Assembly (NCBI GenBank): GCA_017551725.1
Contig: JAFZKY010000037.1
Span: 18,071-82,070 of the forward strand
Length of the DNA: 64,000 nt
Direction: 5' to 3'
Source of the DNA: Bacteroidales bacterium
GTDB lineage: Bacteria; Bacteroidota; Bacteroidia; Bacteroidales; WCHB1-69
Shown here: positions 11,383 through 20,630 of the stretch, piece by piece
How the letters are laid out: every line of letters begins with the position of its first letter
Numbering within the stretch: the first letter of the stretch is position 1
Position numbers and translations under genes: made by a program
The notes under the pieces: generated by a model
Database searches by the model: none
What the model saw: the letters and a program-made list of their open reading frames with translations, nothing else
Told to the model about the DNA's origin: nothing

Positions 11383-11940
11383 CTATAATTGAGCTACTGC
11401 ATTCTGAAACTGTTCCCCTTTTTCACGATAAGAGAGTCCGTTGGTGCCAGCCGAACCCGGAGCATAGAGTACAACATACCCTTTGTCGCATGCATAATAG
11501 GCCTGGCTGACAGCATCTTCCATGTTCATTTCCACATACACCGGAATTCCTACTTCCGCAAAACGATCGTAAACATCCGTGTTGTAAACGCCTTGCAGCA
11601 CCACGCATTTGACCTTCTCCCCTATCTCGTTGATAAGGTCGTTGGTGATCTTCTCCACATTGTCCACATTGGTCACCCACACGACGGGCTTGGTCATGCT
11701 TTGCAACGAATACCAAACGGAGTTCACATTCGTGGAACGCGCGTCATCAATGAAATCAATCTGATTCAACGTCTTCACCTTCTGCAACTTGTGGGCACTA
11801 CCCTCAAAGTCGGACAAGGAAGCCGCGATGTTTTTCTTGCGGATATTAATCAGACGGTCGGCCAACGTAGCCACCATGGGATTTGCATATTCTCTTTCCT
11901 GTTCAAATAATCTGAAACTGTTATTTTTATTGGATGCCAT
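11383..11940 (-). CDS. MurD-like protein consisting only of the Mur-ligase C-terminal domain
   Basis: 185 aa, sitting in the murD slot between mraY and ftsW. GSAHKLQKV...IDFIDDARSTNVNS and VVLYAPGSAGTNGLSYREKGEQF align with MurD domain 3 as I remember it. There is no GxxGK[ST] P-loop and no N-terminal Rossmann domain. Confidence 0.6.
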   Translation of the reverse strand: MASNKNNSFRLFEQEREYANPMVATLADRLINIRKKNIAASLSDFEGSAHKLQKVKTLNQIDFIDDARSTNVNSVWYSLQSMTKPVVWVTNVDNVEKITNDLINEIGEKVKCVVLQGVYNTDVYDRFAEVGIPVYVEMNMEDAVSQAYYACDKGYVVLYAPGSAGTNGLSYREKGEQFQNAVAQL

Positions 11941-11999
11941 ATTGTAAAATTTAGGTAATGGTTTGACTATTAATGATTTTTTCTTTTATAAAAACATGA

Positions 12000-13259
12000 C
12001 TAACGTACTTTCAGCGTGGCCACGGTCAGCACGGCGAGCAGCAGACTGATGACGATGAAACGCTGCACGATCTTGGCTTCATGCATCCCTTTCTTTTGGA
12101 AATGGTGATGCAGCGGAGCCATCAAGAAGATTCGGCGACCCTCCCCATATTTCTTCTTCGTGTATTTGAAGTAGGAGCGCTGCATGATAACGGAAACGGC
12201 CTCAGCCAGATAGATGCCGCACAGGATGGGGAGCAGCAGTTCCTTGCGGATGATGACGCACGACACAGCCACGATGCCGCCCAACGTCAGGCTGCCGGTG
12301 TCGCCCATGAAGACCTGCGCCGGATAGCAGTTCCACCAGTAGAAGCCCAAACACGCCCCAACCACAGCGGAAATGAAGATCACCAACTCACCGCTGTTTG
12401 GTATATACATTATATTCAAATAGTTGGCAAAAATCACGTTACCCGACACATAGCCCAAGATGGCAATGCCCACCGCCACCACCGAGGTAGTGCCGGTGGC
12501 CAGTCCGTCCAACCCGTCGGTCAGATTGGCCCCATTGGAGACAGCAGCAATGATGAAGACCACTATCAGGATATAGATGATGCAGGACCACTTGCCCGTT
12601 TCATCGCCCAACCAGCGCGTAAACCACGAGTAGTCGAACTCGTTGTCCTTGACAAACGGGATGGTGGTCTTGGTGGAGTGGTGCGGTTCCCCGAAAATCT
12701 TGGGGGTCTGGGCCGCCTCTTGGTTTTCCACCTGCAAGGCCGTCACCACAGGAGTATAGACGTTATCTGCGGTTTTGTTTTTCTCACAAATCTTGGCATC
12801 GGGATGGAAATAGACCACCACGCCCACCAACACGCCGAGGATAATCTGCCCAATCAGCTTTTTGCGAGGCGACAGGCCTTCCTTGTTGTGTTTGAAGACT
12901 TTGATATAATCATCGGCGAAGCCCAACATGCCGAGCCACACGGTGGTGAAGAGCATGAGCAACACATACACATTGCGCAACTCGCACACCAGCAACACGG
13001 GAATCAGGATGGCGGCAATGATGATGAGACCGCCCATCGTGGGGGTGCCGGCCTTCTCGTTCTGACCGGCCAGTCCCAAATCACGCACCTCCTCGCCAAT
13101 CTGCTTGCGACGAAGAAAACGGATGAAGCCCCTCCCGATGAACATCGAGATGAGGACAGAGAGCACGAACGCCGCCGCCGACCGGAACGAAATGTACTGG
13201 AACACACCCGAGCCGGGAAGACCAATGCTGTGCAGCCATTTGAAAAGATAGTATAACAT
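12000..13259 (-). CDS. mraY: Phospho-N-acetylmuramoyl-pentapeptide transferase
   Basis: 419-aa polytopic protein with GTPTMGG, NLTDGLDGLA, FMGDTGSL and HHHF motifs, in dcw context. Confidence 0.95.
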   Translation of the reverse strand: MLYYLFKWLHSIGLPGSGVFQYISFRSAAAFVLSVLISMFIGRGFIRFLRRKQIGEEVRDLGLAGQNEKAGTPTMGGLIIIAAILIPVLLVCELRNVYVLLMLFTTVWLGMLGFADDYIKVFKHNKEGLSPRKKLIGQIILGVLVGVVVYFHPDAKICEKNKTADNVYTPVVTALQVENQEAAQTPKIFGEPHHSTKTTIPFVKDNEFDYSWFTRWLGDETGKWSCIIYILIVVFIIAAVSNGANLTDGLDGLATGTTSVVAVGIAILGYVSGNVIFANYLNIMYIPNSGELVIFISAVVGACLGFYWWNCYPAQVFMGDTGSLTLGGIVAVSCVIIRKELLLPILCGIYLAEAVSVIMQRSYFKYTKKKYGEGRRIFLMAPLHHHFQKKGMHEAKIVQRFIVISLLLAVLTVATLKVR

Positions 13260-13267
13260 TATTTATG

Positions 13268-13331
13268 GGTTATTGGTTAATTGGTTATTGGTTGTTGGTT
13301 ATTGGTTAATTGGTTGTTGGTTGTTGGTTAA
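13268..13331. repeat. 7-8-nt-period tandem repeat TGGTT(A/G)(A)T, about 9 copies, with a 29-nt higher-order unit x2
   Basis: GGTTATTGGTTAATTGGTTATTGGTTGTTGGTTATTGGTTAATTGGTTGTTGGTTGTTGGTTAA fills most of the murE-mraY spacer. Confidence 0.85.
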
Positions 13332-13376
13332 AAGTATTAAAGTGTTTTGGTTAGAGAGTGTGAAAACTGTTGGGCG

Positions 13377-14852
13377 TTACTCTTCTGCAAATGCCTTACG
13401 GATTTCTTCGGTGTCGTCGAAATGATGTTTCACGTGATTGACCTCCTGGTAGGTCTCATGGCCTTTGCCTGCCACCAGCAGCACGCCGTCGGCAGGCAGC
13501 AGCATACTGGCGGTCTTGATGGCCTCGCGGCGGTTCTCGATAACCAGCACGTTTTTCTTCTTGCCCGCGGGCACGCCGGCCACCATATCGTTGAGGATGT
13601 CGGCGGGCTCCTCCGTGCGGGGGTTGTCGGATGTGAGGATGACGCGGCTGCTGAGTTTGCAGGCTATCTCCGCCATCTCCGGACGTTTGGTCTTGTCGCG
13701 GTCGCCACCACAGCCCACCACGGTGATGACCTCTGTGCCGCCCTTCGTGATTTCGCGGATGGTGGAAAGCACATTCTGGAGGGCGTCGGGCGTATGCGCG
13801 TAATCGACGATGGCCGTGGCGCCGTCCTTCCGATAGATCATCTGGAATCTTCCGGCAGCACTGTTCAGCGTGCTCATGCCCACCAGAACCTCCTCTTCGG
13901 GAGCGCCCAGCAGTACAGCCGCACCATAGATGGCCAGCAAGTTGTAGGCGTTGAATTTTCCACAAAGTTTGAAATAGACCTCATGGTCGTTGATGCGCAT
14001 CTGCAAGCCTCGGAAGCTGTCGTCCAGAACCTTGCCCTTGAAAGTAGCCGCCGTCAGCAAACTGTACGTGCTGACCTTGGCTTTGCTGTTCTGCACCATC
14101 ACCATGCCGTTCTTGTCGTCCACATTCGTGAGCGCGAAGGCCGCTTTTGGCAAACCATCGAAGAAAGCCTTCTTGGCCGCGATGTAGTTGGCAAACGTCT
14201 TATGGAAATCGAGGTGGTCGTGCGTGATGTTACTGAAAATGGCTCCCGTAAACTGCAGGCCTGCAATACGATGCTGGCATACGGCATGGGAGCTGACCTC
14301 CATGAAGCAATATTGGCAACCGGCCTCCACCATGCGGTGCAGCAAACTGTTCAGTTCCACCGCGTCGGGCGTGGTGTGCGTGGACGGCACCTCCTCCTCC
14401 CCTATCCTGTTCACAATCGTGGAGAGCATTCCGGTGGTATGGCCCATGTCGGTAAACAGGCGGTGCAGCAGCGTGACGGTGGTGGTCTTGCCGTTGGTGC
14501 CGGTGATGCCCACCAGCTTCAGCTTGCGGCTGGGGTGGTCGTAGAAGGCTGACGCCATCAAGCCCAGTGCCACGGTGCTGTCGGGCACCTGCACGAAGGT
14601 TACCTCCGCCGGCAGGTTCTCGGGCAGTTCCTCACACACAATCACACGGCAGCCCTTTTCGATGGCCTGCGGGATGTAGAGATGCCCGTCGGTGAGCGTG
14701 CCGCGCTGCGCCACGTAAATCTGGGTGATACCCGGAACGCCAGCGGCCTCGACCTTACGCGAGTCGAAGGTGACGCCGGAGATCTCCCAATCCGGGCTAC
14801 CGGTGAGTTCGTACCGTTTAACGGCTTTCAGCAATGTGGTTAATGGTTTCAA
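13377..14852 (-). CDS. murE: UDP-N-acetylmuramoyl-L-alanyl-D-glutamate--2,6-diaminopimelate ligase
   Basis: 491 aa. P-loop GITGTNGKTTT and Mur-ligase middle and C-terminal domains (DYAHTPDAL). The DNPR motif supports meso-DAP specificity. The apparent start codon is TTG. Confidence 0.93.
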   Translation of the reverse strand: MKPLTTLLKAVKRYELTGSPDWEISGVTFDSRKVEAAGVPGITQIYVAQRGTLTDGHLYIPQAIEKGCRVIVCEELPENLPAEVTFVQVPDSTVALGLMASAFYDHPSRKLKLVGITGTNGKTTTVTLLHRLFTDMGHTTGMLSTIVNRIGEEEVPSTHTTPDAVELNSLLHRMVEAGCQYCFMEVSSHAVCQHRIAGLQFTGAIFSNITHDHLDFHKTFANYIAAKKAFFDGLPKAAFALTNVDDKNGMVMVQNSKAKVSTYSLLTAATFKGKVLDDSFRGLQMRINDHEVYFKLCGKFNAYNLLAIYGAAVLLGAPEEEVLVGMSTLNSAAGRFQMIYRKDGATAIVDYAHTPDALQNVLSTIREITKGGTEVITVVGCGGDRDKTKRPEMAEIACKLSSRVILTSDNPRTEEPADILNDMVAGVPAGKKKNVLVIENRREAIKTASMLLPADGVLLVAGKGHETYQEVNHVKHHFDDTEEIRKAFAEE

Positions 14853-14892
14853 GGTAATGGTTTTATTAAAAGTTAATGTTAAACAATCGATT

Positions 14893-17157
14893 CTATGGCT
14901 CCAAATACAGTCTCACCGTCTTCGCAGACGCGTCCACCGTCTGGTTTTTCACCCGTCCCCGGCCCTGTATCTGTACACGGTAGCCGGCCCGCGTCAGCTC
15001 GGCCACGGCATCGGAGGCCAGCATATTGCGCACATCCGGCATCTTGTCCTGCTGCTTAAATGCCCATCCTTGCAGTTGGGGCTGCGGCTCGCCCTTGGTT
15101 TTCACGGAGATCATGTAGCGGCTTTGCGCATCCGTGACCGTGGTATCGTACCCCATCTCATGCAGCAACACGTTGAAATAGCGTTTCTCCACCGGCTCAA
15201 TCCTGGGAATGGGCTGCCGTTCGAACTTGGTGATGGAACGGGTGGCTCCGAAATTATGGCTGTTCATGATGCCCCGGGCGATTTTCCCAAACAGATCCAC
15301 CGCCACCTCACTGTGTTGCAACACATTATACATATATATGACAGCCGTGTATTTGGGATTCTCCTTCGGAAAATAGCCACAGAAGGAAACGGCGTTGCGG
15401 TCATATACATACTGGCCTGTCTTTTCGTCCCACACGTCGCGGGTACCCGTCTTGCCGGCAAACGGGCAGGTGGAGTCCTTGTAGCGGCGTCCCGTACCGT
15501 AACGTCCCCACACCACGCTGTCCAGATATGCCCTGGCCTTCTGCACGATCGTGTCCGAGACAAATTGTTCCATCACGACCTCCGGCTCAAACGTGCGGAC
15601 CGTATCGTACGTGTTAGTGATGTATTTCACAATGAAAGGCTTCATCATCTTGCCGTTGTTGGCGATGGCGTTGTAGTACATCAGCGTACGCAGCACCGGC
15701 ATGGTGAATCCGGCTCCGAAGCACACGGCATAGTAGTTGTCGAAACGCCCGTCGTTGCGGATGGCTGCCGGCAGGATCGGGCCGAGTTGTGTCTGCACTG
15801 TGTCGAAGAAGCCGAACTTGGCGAGCTGCTTGCGGTATTCGGAGAAATGGCCCATCCCATACGCCTTGAAAATCATCGAAGCCACCCCGATGTTGGAGGA
15901 GCGCTGGAAGATCTCATTCGAGAGGCCCGGGGTCTCACCGTGAACCTTGCTGTCGCTCTTGGCTTTTTCGATATATCTGCCCGACTTCGTCGGAACCCGG
16001 AACGTGTGGTTGAACATGGGAAAATGCGCGGTGTCAACAGGCGTCCGCTCAAAGTAGGCCAGCAGCGAGGCCAGTTTGAACGTGGAGCCCGGCTCCACCT
16101 TGGCATTGAGGGCATACTCCATGCTCTCGGTGTAAGTCTGCCCGTCGGAGGAGGCGCGGCGCAGGTTGGAGATGGCCTTGATGGCGCCCGTCTCCGTCTC
16201 CATGACGATGACACAACCCCAGTCGGCACCCAGTTCTACCAACTTGCGGTGCAGCTCGTTATGCACCACATTCTGGATATCCAGGTTCAGCGTGGTGTGG
16301 ATATTCATGCCGTCCACGGGTTCAATCTGCTCGTTGAAAGGCACTTTGGCCTTGTTGATTTCAAGATATTTCTTACTACCCTGCACACCGCCCAGGATGC
16401 TGTCCATAATATATTCCAACCCGTAGGCGTTCCCCACCGCATTCATGCCCAAGGTGCGGCGAGCCATCTCCCCATACGGGTTCACCCGCACGGAGGTGGG
16501 CACGCAGTTCAGATAACCGTAGTACTTCTTCGGACGTAGCTGCTCGGTCTCCTTGTCCATCACCTTGCGGGTCAAAAACGGGAGATTGCGTATGTATGAC
16601 GTGTCGAAGGAGGTCACCCAGCTCTTCTCATCGCGCAGATTGACCGTCAGGAGGGAGGCATACTGCTGCTTGCGGTAGTTGTTCTTGAAGAATGCGTAAT
16701 ACTCTTGCTCGGTTTTGGGGTAACGGTCGTGGAAGCGCTGATAGAAGCTCTTCGCCAGATTGTGCAACAGCGTTTCCACTTCCTCCTTGGTGTAACGATT
16801 GGTGTTGTCGTACTCCTTCGCGAACTTCTTCCCGTCGAAGGCCACCTCAAACACCGTGTAGTTGCCCATCAGGAGGCGGCCCTGGTCGTCCAGGATGTCG
16901 CCCCGCTCAGGCTGCAGCGGGTTGGCCAGGATGTAGCAGCGGCAGTCCGACTCTTCCTTCTCCTTCCAATTCGGATCCGTCGTGTCCACGCATTTTGACG
17001 ATTTACCCGTGCTGATACCCCTCTCGAAAAACGAAAGGTAGCATATCTGCCCGAGGCAGAATATGCCGAACAACAGCATCAGAAAGAACACGACCGCCAT
17101 TCTGACTCTGCTCACACCGCCCTCGCGGCTCTTCTTATTCTTCTGAGTGGTCTGCAT
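14893..17157 (-). CDS. ftsI: Penicillin-binding protein, class B transpeptidase (FtsI/PBP3-like)
   Basis: 754 aa with an N-terminal membrane anchor and the transpeptidase motifs STFK, SSN and KTGT, in dcw context. Confidence 0.9.
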   Translation of the reverse strand: MQTTQKNKKSREGGVSRVRMAVVFFLMLLFGIFCLGQICYLSFFERGISTGKSSKCVDTTDPNWKEKEESDCRCYILANPLQPERGDILDDQGRLLMGNYTVFEVAFDGKKFAKEYDNTNRYTKEEVETLLHNLAKSFYQRFHDRYPKTEQEYYAFFKNNYRKQQYASLLTVNLRDEKSWVTSFDTSYIRNLPFLTRKVMDKETEQLRPKKYYGYLNCVPTSVRVNPYGEMARRTLGMNAVGNAYGLEYIMDSILGGVQGSKKYLEINKAKVPFNEQIEPVDGMNIHTTLNLDIQNVVHNELHRKLVELGADWGCVIVMETETGAIKAISNLRRASSDGQTYTESMEYALNAKVEPGSTFKLASLLAYFERTPVDTAHFPMFNHTFRVPTKSGRYIEKAKSDSKVHGETPGLSNEIFQRSSNIGVASMIFKAYGMGHFSEYRKQLAKFGFFDTVQTQLGPILPAAIRNDGRFDNYYAVCFGAGFTMPVLRTLMYYNAIANNGKMMKPFIVKYITNTYDTVRTFEPEVVMEQFVSDTIVQKARAYLDSVVWGRYGTGRRYKDSTCPFAGKTGTRDVWDEKTGQYVYDRNAVSFCGYFPKENPKYTAVIYMYNVLQHSEVAVDLFGKIARGIMNSHNFGATRSITKFERQPIPRIEPVEKRYFNVLLHEMGYDTTVTDAQSRYMISVKTKGEPQPQLQGWAFKQQDKMPDVRNMLASDAVAELTRAGYRVQIQGRGRVKNQTVDASAKTVRLYLEP

Positions 17158-17575
17158 CTTTATAATTGTCCTTTTTTTCTTTCTTTTTGAACAAATGACG
17201 TTTGCGGGTATCCGCCGGCTTCTTCATCCGGATGGTGAAATTATGGTTGTTGTCAAACACAAAACCTCTATCCAACAGCTTCTGGATGAGAACTTTATTC
17301 TCCTCATAGGGGATATACTGGTTGTTGGCCTTCAGCTTGCTGACCTCCTGGCGATAGACGCTTTCGAGGCGCGCCACCTTCTTCTTCTTATTGGAGATGC
17401 TCTGCTCGCTGACCACCAGGGCGGTGACCAGCACGAGCACGAACAGGACATACAGGTACCACGGACGCATCTGCCGGCTGAGCAGGAACTCGCCGCCAAA
17501 CACGTTCTTCAAGGTTGAGAGCACCCGTTTCGAATTCCGGCTCTCAGGGTTTTCGATATTCGTCGTGGTATCCAT
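17135..17575 (-). CDS. FtsL-like small bitopic division protein
   Basis: 146 aa with a single TM helix (WYLYVLFVLVLVTALVV) followed by a coiled-coil-like segment. Sits between rsmH and ftsI. Confidence 0.5.
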   Translation of the reverse strand: MDTTTNIENPESRNSKRVLSTLKNVFGGEFLLSRQMRPWYLYVLFVLVLVTALVVSEQSISNKKKKVARLESVYRQEVSKLKANNQYIPYEENKVLIQKLLDRGFVFDNNHNFTIRMKKPADTRKRHLFKKKEKKDNYKDADHSEE

Positions 17576-18485
17576 GGGGTGTTACAATTATCTTTTCGGC
17601 GACGCGCAGTTTGGCGCTGCGGGCGCGGGGGTTAATGGCTATTTCTTCGAGGTCCGGGACGATGGCTTTGCGGGTGACGGCCTTGAACGGCGAGAGCGGG
17701 TTCCCGTAGAAATCCTTCTCCACCTCGCCCGACAGGTTGCCCGAGCGCATCACATTCTTCACCATCCTGTCTTCCAGGGAATGGTAGGCGATGACGACCA
17801 GCCGCCCGCCTTCTTTGAGCGCCTCGGCGGTCTGGCCCAGCATGATTTCCAGGACTTCCATCTCCTTGTTGACCTCGATACGGAGAGCCTGGAAAATCTT
17901 GGAAAGGTATTTGTTCTCCCGTCCGTGGGGAAGGCAAGGCTTCAACGCCTCCGCCAGCTGGAAGGTGGTCTCGATGGCGGCATCTTCGCGCGCCCGCACA
18001 ATCTGGCGGGCCAGGCGGCGGCCTTCCGACAACTCCCCGTATGTAAAGAAGATACGGCTGAGTTGTGCTTCATCGTAACGGTTCACCACATCATGGGCCG
18101 ACAGGTCCGAGTCCATGTTCATGCGCATATCCAAAACGCCGTCGCGGCTGTATGAGAAGCCCCGGTCGGCGGTGTCGATCTGATGGGAGGAGATGCCCAG
18201 GTCGGCCAAAATGCCGTCCACGGGATAGGCTTTGTGATATTTGAGGAAGCGGGTGAGATTCTTGAAGTTGGATGGCACGAAGCAGAAGCGCGGATCGTCG
18301 ATGAGGTTCGCCTTGCTGTCCGCGTCCTGGTCGAAGGCAATCAGGCGGCCTTCGGGCGAAAGCCGTTCCAGAATGGCCCGCGAGTGCCCGCCCCCGCCGA
18401 AGGTCACATCTACATACGTGCCCGCCGGGTTGGTCACCAGGTAGTCCACCGAAGTCTGCAGCAGCACCGGGTTATGATACTCCAT
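17544..18485 (-). CDS. rsmH: 16S rRNA (cytosine1402-N4)-methyltransferase
   Basis: HNPVLL...DVTFGGGGHS...DLGISSHQID are the canonical RsmH/MraW motifs. Confidence 0.95.
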   Translation of the reverse strand: MEYHNPVLLQTSVDYLVTNPAGTYVDVTFGGGGHSRAILERLSPEGRLIAFDQDADSKANLIDDPRFCFVPSNFKNLTRFLKYHKAYPVDGILADLGISSHQIDTADRGFSYSRDGVLDMRMNMDSDLSAHDVVNRYDEAQLSRIFFTYGELSEGRRLARQIVRAREDAAIETTFQLAEALKPCLPHGRENKYLSKIFQALRIEVNKEMEVLEIMLGQTAEALKEGGRLVVIAYHSLEDRMVKNVMRSGNLSGEVEKDFYGNPLSPFKAVTRKAIVPDLEEIAINPRARSAKLRVAEKIIVTPHGYHDEYRKP

Positions 18486-18957
18486 TCCCGTCCTCCTTTC
18501 CTTCGTTGAGCTGGCCGAGATGGATTTCCTCGTTCAGTTTCTCCAAATCCTCCGGCTCCATGTCGAACTTCTCATGGTAACGGGAGCTGTTCCAAATCTC
18601 GATCTGTCCGTTGTCCAGCAGCAGAACAATCTCCTTGCTGATCTTGTACTGATCCATCATGGGCCTGGGCACCACGATTCTGTCCTGAGCGTCGCACTCC
18701 ACACAGGCCGTGTTGCGCAGGAAGGCGTTGCGATAACGCTTCACCCGGGTGAGGTTACGGTCAAGGGAATTCAGGAAGTCCATCTGCTCCTGGTAGGCCT
18801 TCACCGACCAGAGCGTGATGTACTCGCCAAAGCCGTGCGTGACGTAGAATACGCGACGCTCGTCCTCCGGCAGGGCACGCAAAAGCGCCGTCGGCAACTT
18901 CAGCCGTCCGCTCTTCTCGATGGACACTTCCCAATATCCGTAATCCTGACTTGGCAT
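18472..18957 (-). CDS. mraZ: Transcriptional regulator MraZ
   Basis: 162 aa from ATG 18957, with duplicated SpoVT/AbrB-like halves (GRLKLP ... DRIVVPRPM). First gene of the dcw cluster. Confidence 0.88.
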   Translation of the reverse strand: MPSQDYGYWEVSIEKSGRLKLPTALLRALPEDERRVFYVTHGFGEYITLWSVKAYQEQMDFLNSLDRNLTRVKRYRNAFLRNTACVECDAQDRIVVPRPMMDQYKISKEIVLLLDNGQIEIWNSSRYHEKFDMEPEDLEKLNEEIHLGQLNEGKEDGNGVS

Positions 18958-18978
18958 TTTTTCACTCTTTAGATGTGC

Positions 18979-18986
18979 CAAAAATA
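18979..18986 (-). promoter_or_regulatory. -7 box (TATTTTTG) upstream of mraZ
   Basis: CAAAAATA on the plus strand, 22 nt upstream of the mraZ ATG. Confidence 0.45.
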
Positions 18987-19054
18987 TATTTTTTTCAAAT
19001 TCTTTTCCATAAAACCGATAGAAAAAGTTATTAACATCCTTATTTTTACATAAA

Positions 19055-19071
19055 ATACTGATTATCAGTAT
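19055..19071. promoter_or_regulatory. Perfect 8-1-8 palindrome ATACTGAT-T-ATCAGTAT (candidate operator)
   Basis: Lies in the mraZ / plug-gene divergent region. Its half-site ATTATCAGTAT recurs at 19177-19187, and AATTATC(A/G) recurs at about 19133 and 19206. Confidence 0.3.
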
Positions 19072-19294
19072 GGAAATTTTTGGAAACAATCATATCACTA
19101 CACTATTTATAAACATTAAAATATTGATAAACCGATAATTAGAATAAAGATACATAGTATAAAAATCAACTTGTTAATTATCAGTATTTTAAAATAAAAG
19201 ATATGAATTATCATTGTTCATAAACCTATTTTCAAGGGTATTATTTCGGAGTTTTTTGGAAAAAAATGGAAAACCGTGGATAATCTTTTAATAT

Positions 19295-19302
19295 TATCTT
19301 TG
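19295..19302 (+). promoter_or_regulatory. -7 box TATCTTTG upstream of the DUF5103 gene
   Basis: Lies in the context TTATCTTTGCACC, 19 nt upstream of ATG 19321. Confidence 0.5.
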
Positions 19303-19320
19303 CACCACATAATACACACG

Positions 19321-20592
19321 ATGATGAAACGAGTACTTTTCCCCATCCTGATGACGGTCGTATGCCTCGCCACCTTTGCCCAGCCGGACCTGACGCAGAT
19401 CCGCATGGAGGACTGGGTTTACGTAAAGGGTATCAAAAGCGTCACGATACAGGCCACCGACCTGCCGCTGAGCGATCCTATCATGGAGTTGAACGGCGGG
19501 GGCATCACGCTCACCTTCGATGACCTTGAGGAGGAGTCCCGCTACCTGAAATACACCATCATCCACTGCACGCACGACTGGAAGCCGTCGGACATGAACC
19601 CGATCGAGTACATTGACGGTTTCCTGGAGGACAACATTGAGACCTACAACTACTCTTTCAACACGGTGACCCACTACATGCAGTACCGACTGGATTTTCC
19701 CACCGAGAACATGCGTCCCACCCGCTCGGGCAACTACATCCTGTTCGTGTATGACGACTCGCCCGAACAGCCCATCCTCACGCGGCGTTTCATGGTGGCG
19801 GAAAACAATCCCGCCGGCATCCACGGCAACGTACACTCCTCGTCCGTCATCAACGACCGCTTCACCCACCAGGAGGTGGACTTCACTGTGACCACAGGCT
19901 CGTATGTCATCCGCGACCCCATCATGACCGTCCACGCCACCATCAAGCAGAACGGGCGCTGGGACAACGCCATCTACAGCCTCACCTACCGGTCGGGGTT
20001 CCCCGGCGAGCTCAACTTCGACTTTGACGACGGGCGCAACACCTTCCCCGGCGGAGCCGAGTTCCGCACATTCGACATCAGCACCCTCCGTTCCAACGCC
20101 GACCGCATCGTGGGCATCACCTACGAACACCACCAGAACCAGGCCTACGTGCTGCAGGACGATGCCCGTCCCTTCGGGGCCTACGAGTCGCGCAACACGC
20201 TGAACGGCGCCTGCCTCTACCACAACGCCGACATGCGCAACGACTTCTCGGAAGACTACGTGAACACCCATTTCACCCTCAAGAGCAACTTCCCGTTCCA
20301 GGATGGCGACGTGTATGTCTTCGGCCAGCTCACCGATTGGCGCATCCTCCCCGAAGCGAAACTCCACTTCAACGCGGACTACAACTTCTGGGAAACGGAC
20401 TTCTTCATCAAGCAGGGCTTATACAATTATCAATATGTATATGTGCCGAAAGGCAAAAACACCATCGACGCCACCTACATCGAGGGCAGCCATTTCGAGA
20501 CCCGCAACCAATACACCATCCTGCTCTATTTCCACGAAGAGGGCACCTCCTACGACAAGCTCATCGGTGTGGGCCATGTGAAAATGCTGTAA
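19321..20592 (+). CDS. DUF5103 / type IX secretion system plug-like protein
   Basis: 423 aa from ATG 19321 with a signal peptide (MMKRVLFPILMTVVCLATFAQ). The family assignment is from memory of T9SS_plug_1st/DUF5103 proteins and was not verified. Confidence 0.5.
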   Translation: MMKRVLFPILMTVVCLATFAQPDLTQIRMEDWVYVKGIKSVTIQATDLPLSDPIMELNGGGITLTFDDLEEESRYLKYTIIHCTHDWKPSDMNPIEYIDGFLEDNIETYNYSFNTVTHYMQYRLDFPTENMRPTRSGNYILFVYDDSPEQPILTRRFMVAENNPAGIHGNVHSSSVINDRFTHQEVDFTVTTGSYVIRDPIMTVHATIKQNGRWDNAIYSLTYRSGFPGELNFDFDDGRNTFPGGAEFRTFDISTLRSNADRIVGITYEHHQNQAYVLQDDARPFGAYESRNTLNGACLYHNADMRNDFSEDYVNTHFTLKSNFPFQDGDVYVFGQLTDWRILPEAKLHFNADYNFWETDFFIKQGLYNYQYVYVPKGKNTIDATYIEGSHFETRNQYTILLYFHEEGTSYDKLIGVGHVKML

Positions 20593-20630
20593 CAGGATGT
20601 GTTTCAGTCTCCCTTTTCCCATAAAAAGCG

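Noticed and set aside
13268-13331. A possible CRISPR array, or a mini-array, in the murE-mraY spacer.
   Set aside because: The units are 7-8 nt and directly abutting with no spacers, and there are no cas genes. It is a microsatellite-like tandem repeat, not a CRISPR array.
17135-17157. Gene overlaps (ftsL/ftsI by 23 nt, rsmH/ftsL by 32 nt, mraZ/rsmH by 14 nt) as possible evidence of mis-called genes or frameshifts.
   Set aside because: Short same-strand overlaps are normal in dcw operons, and each ORF has family-typical sequence through its ends. Start-site uncertainty is a simpler explanation.
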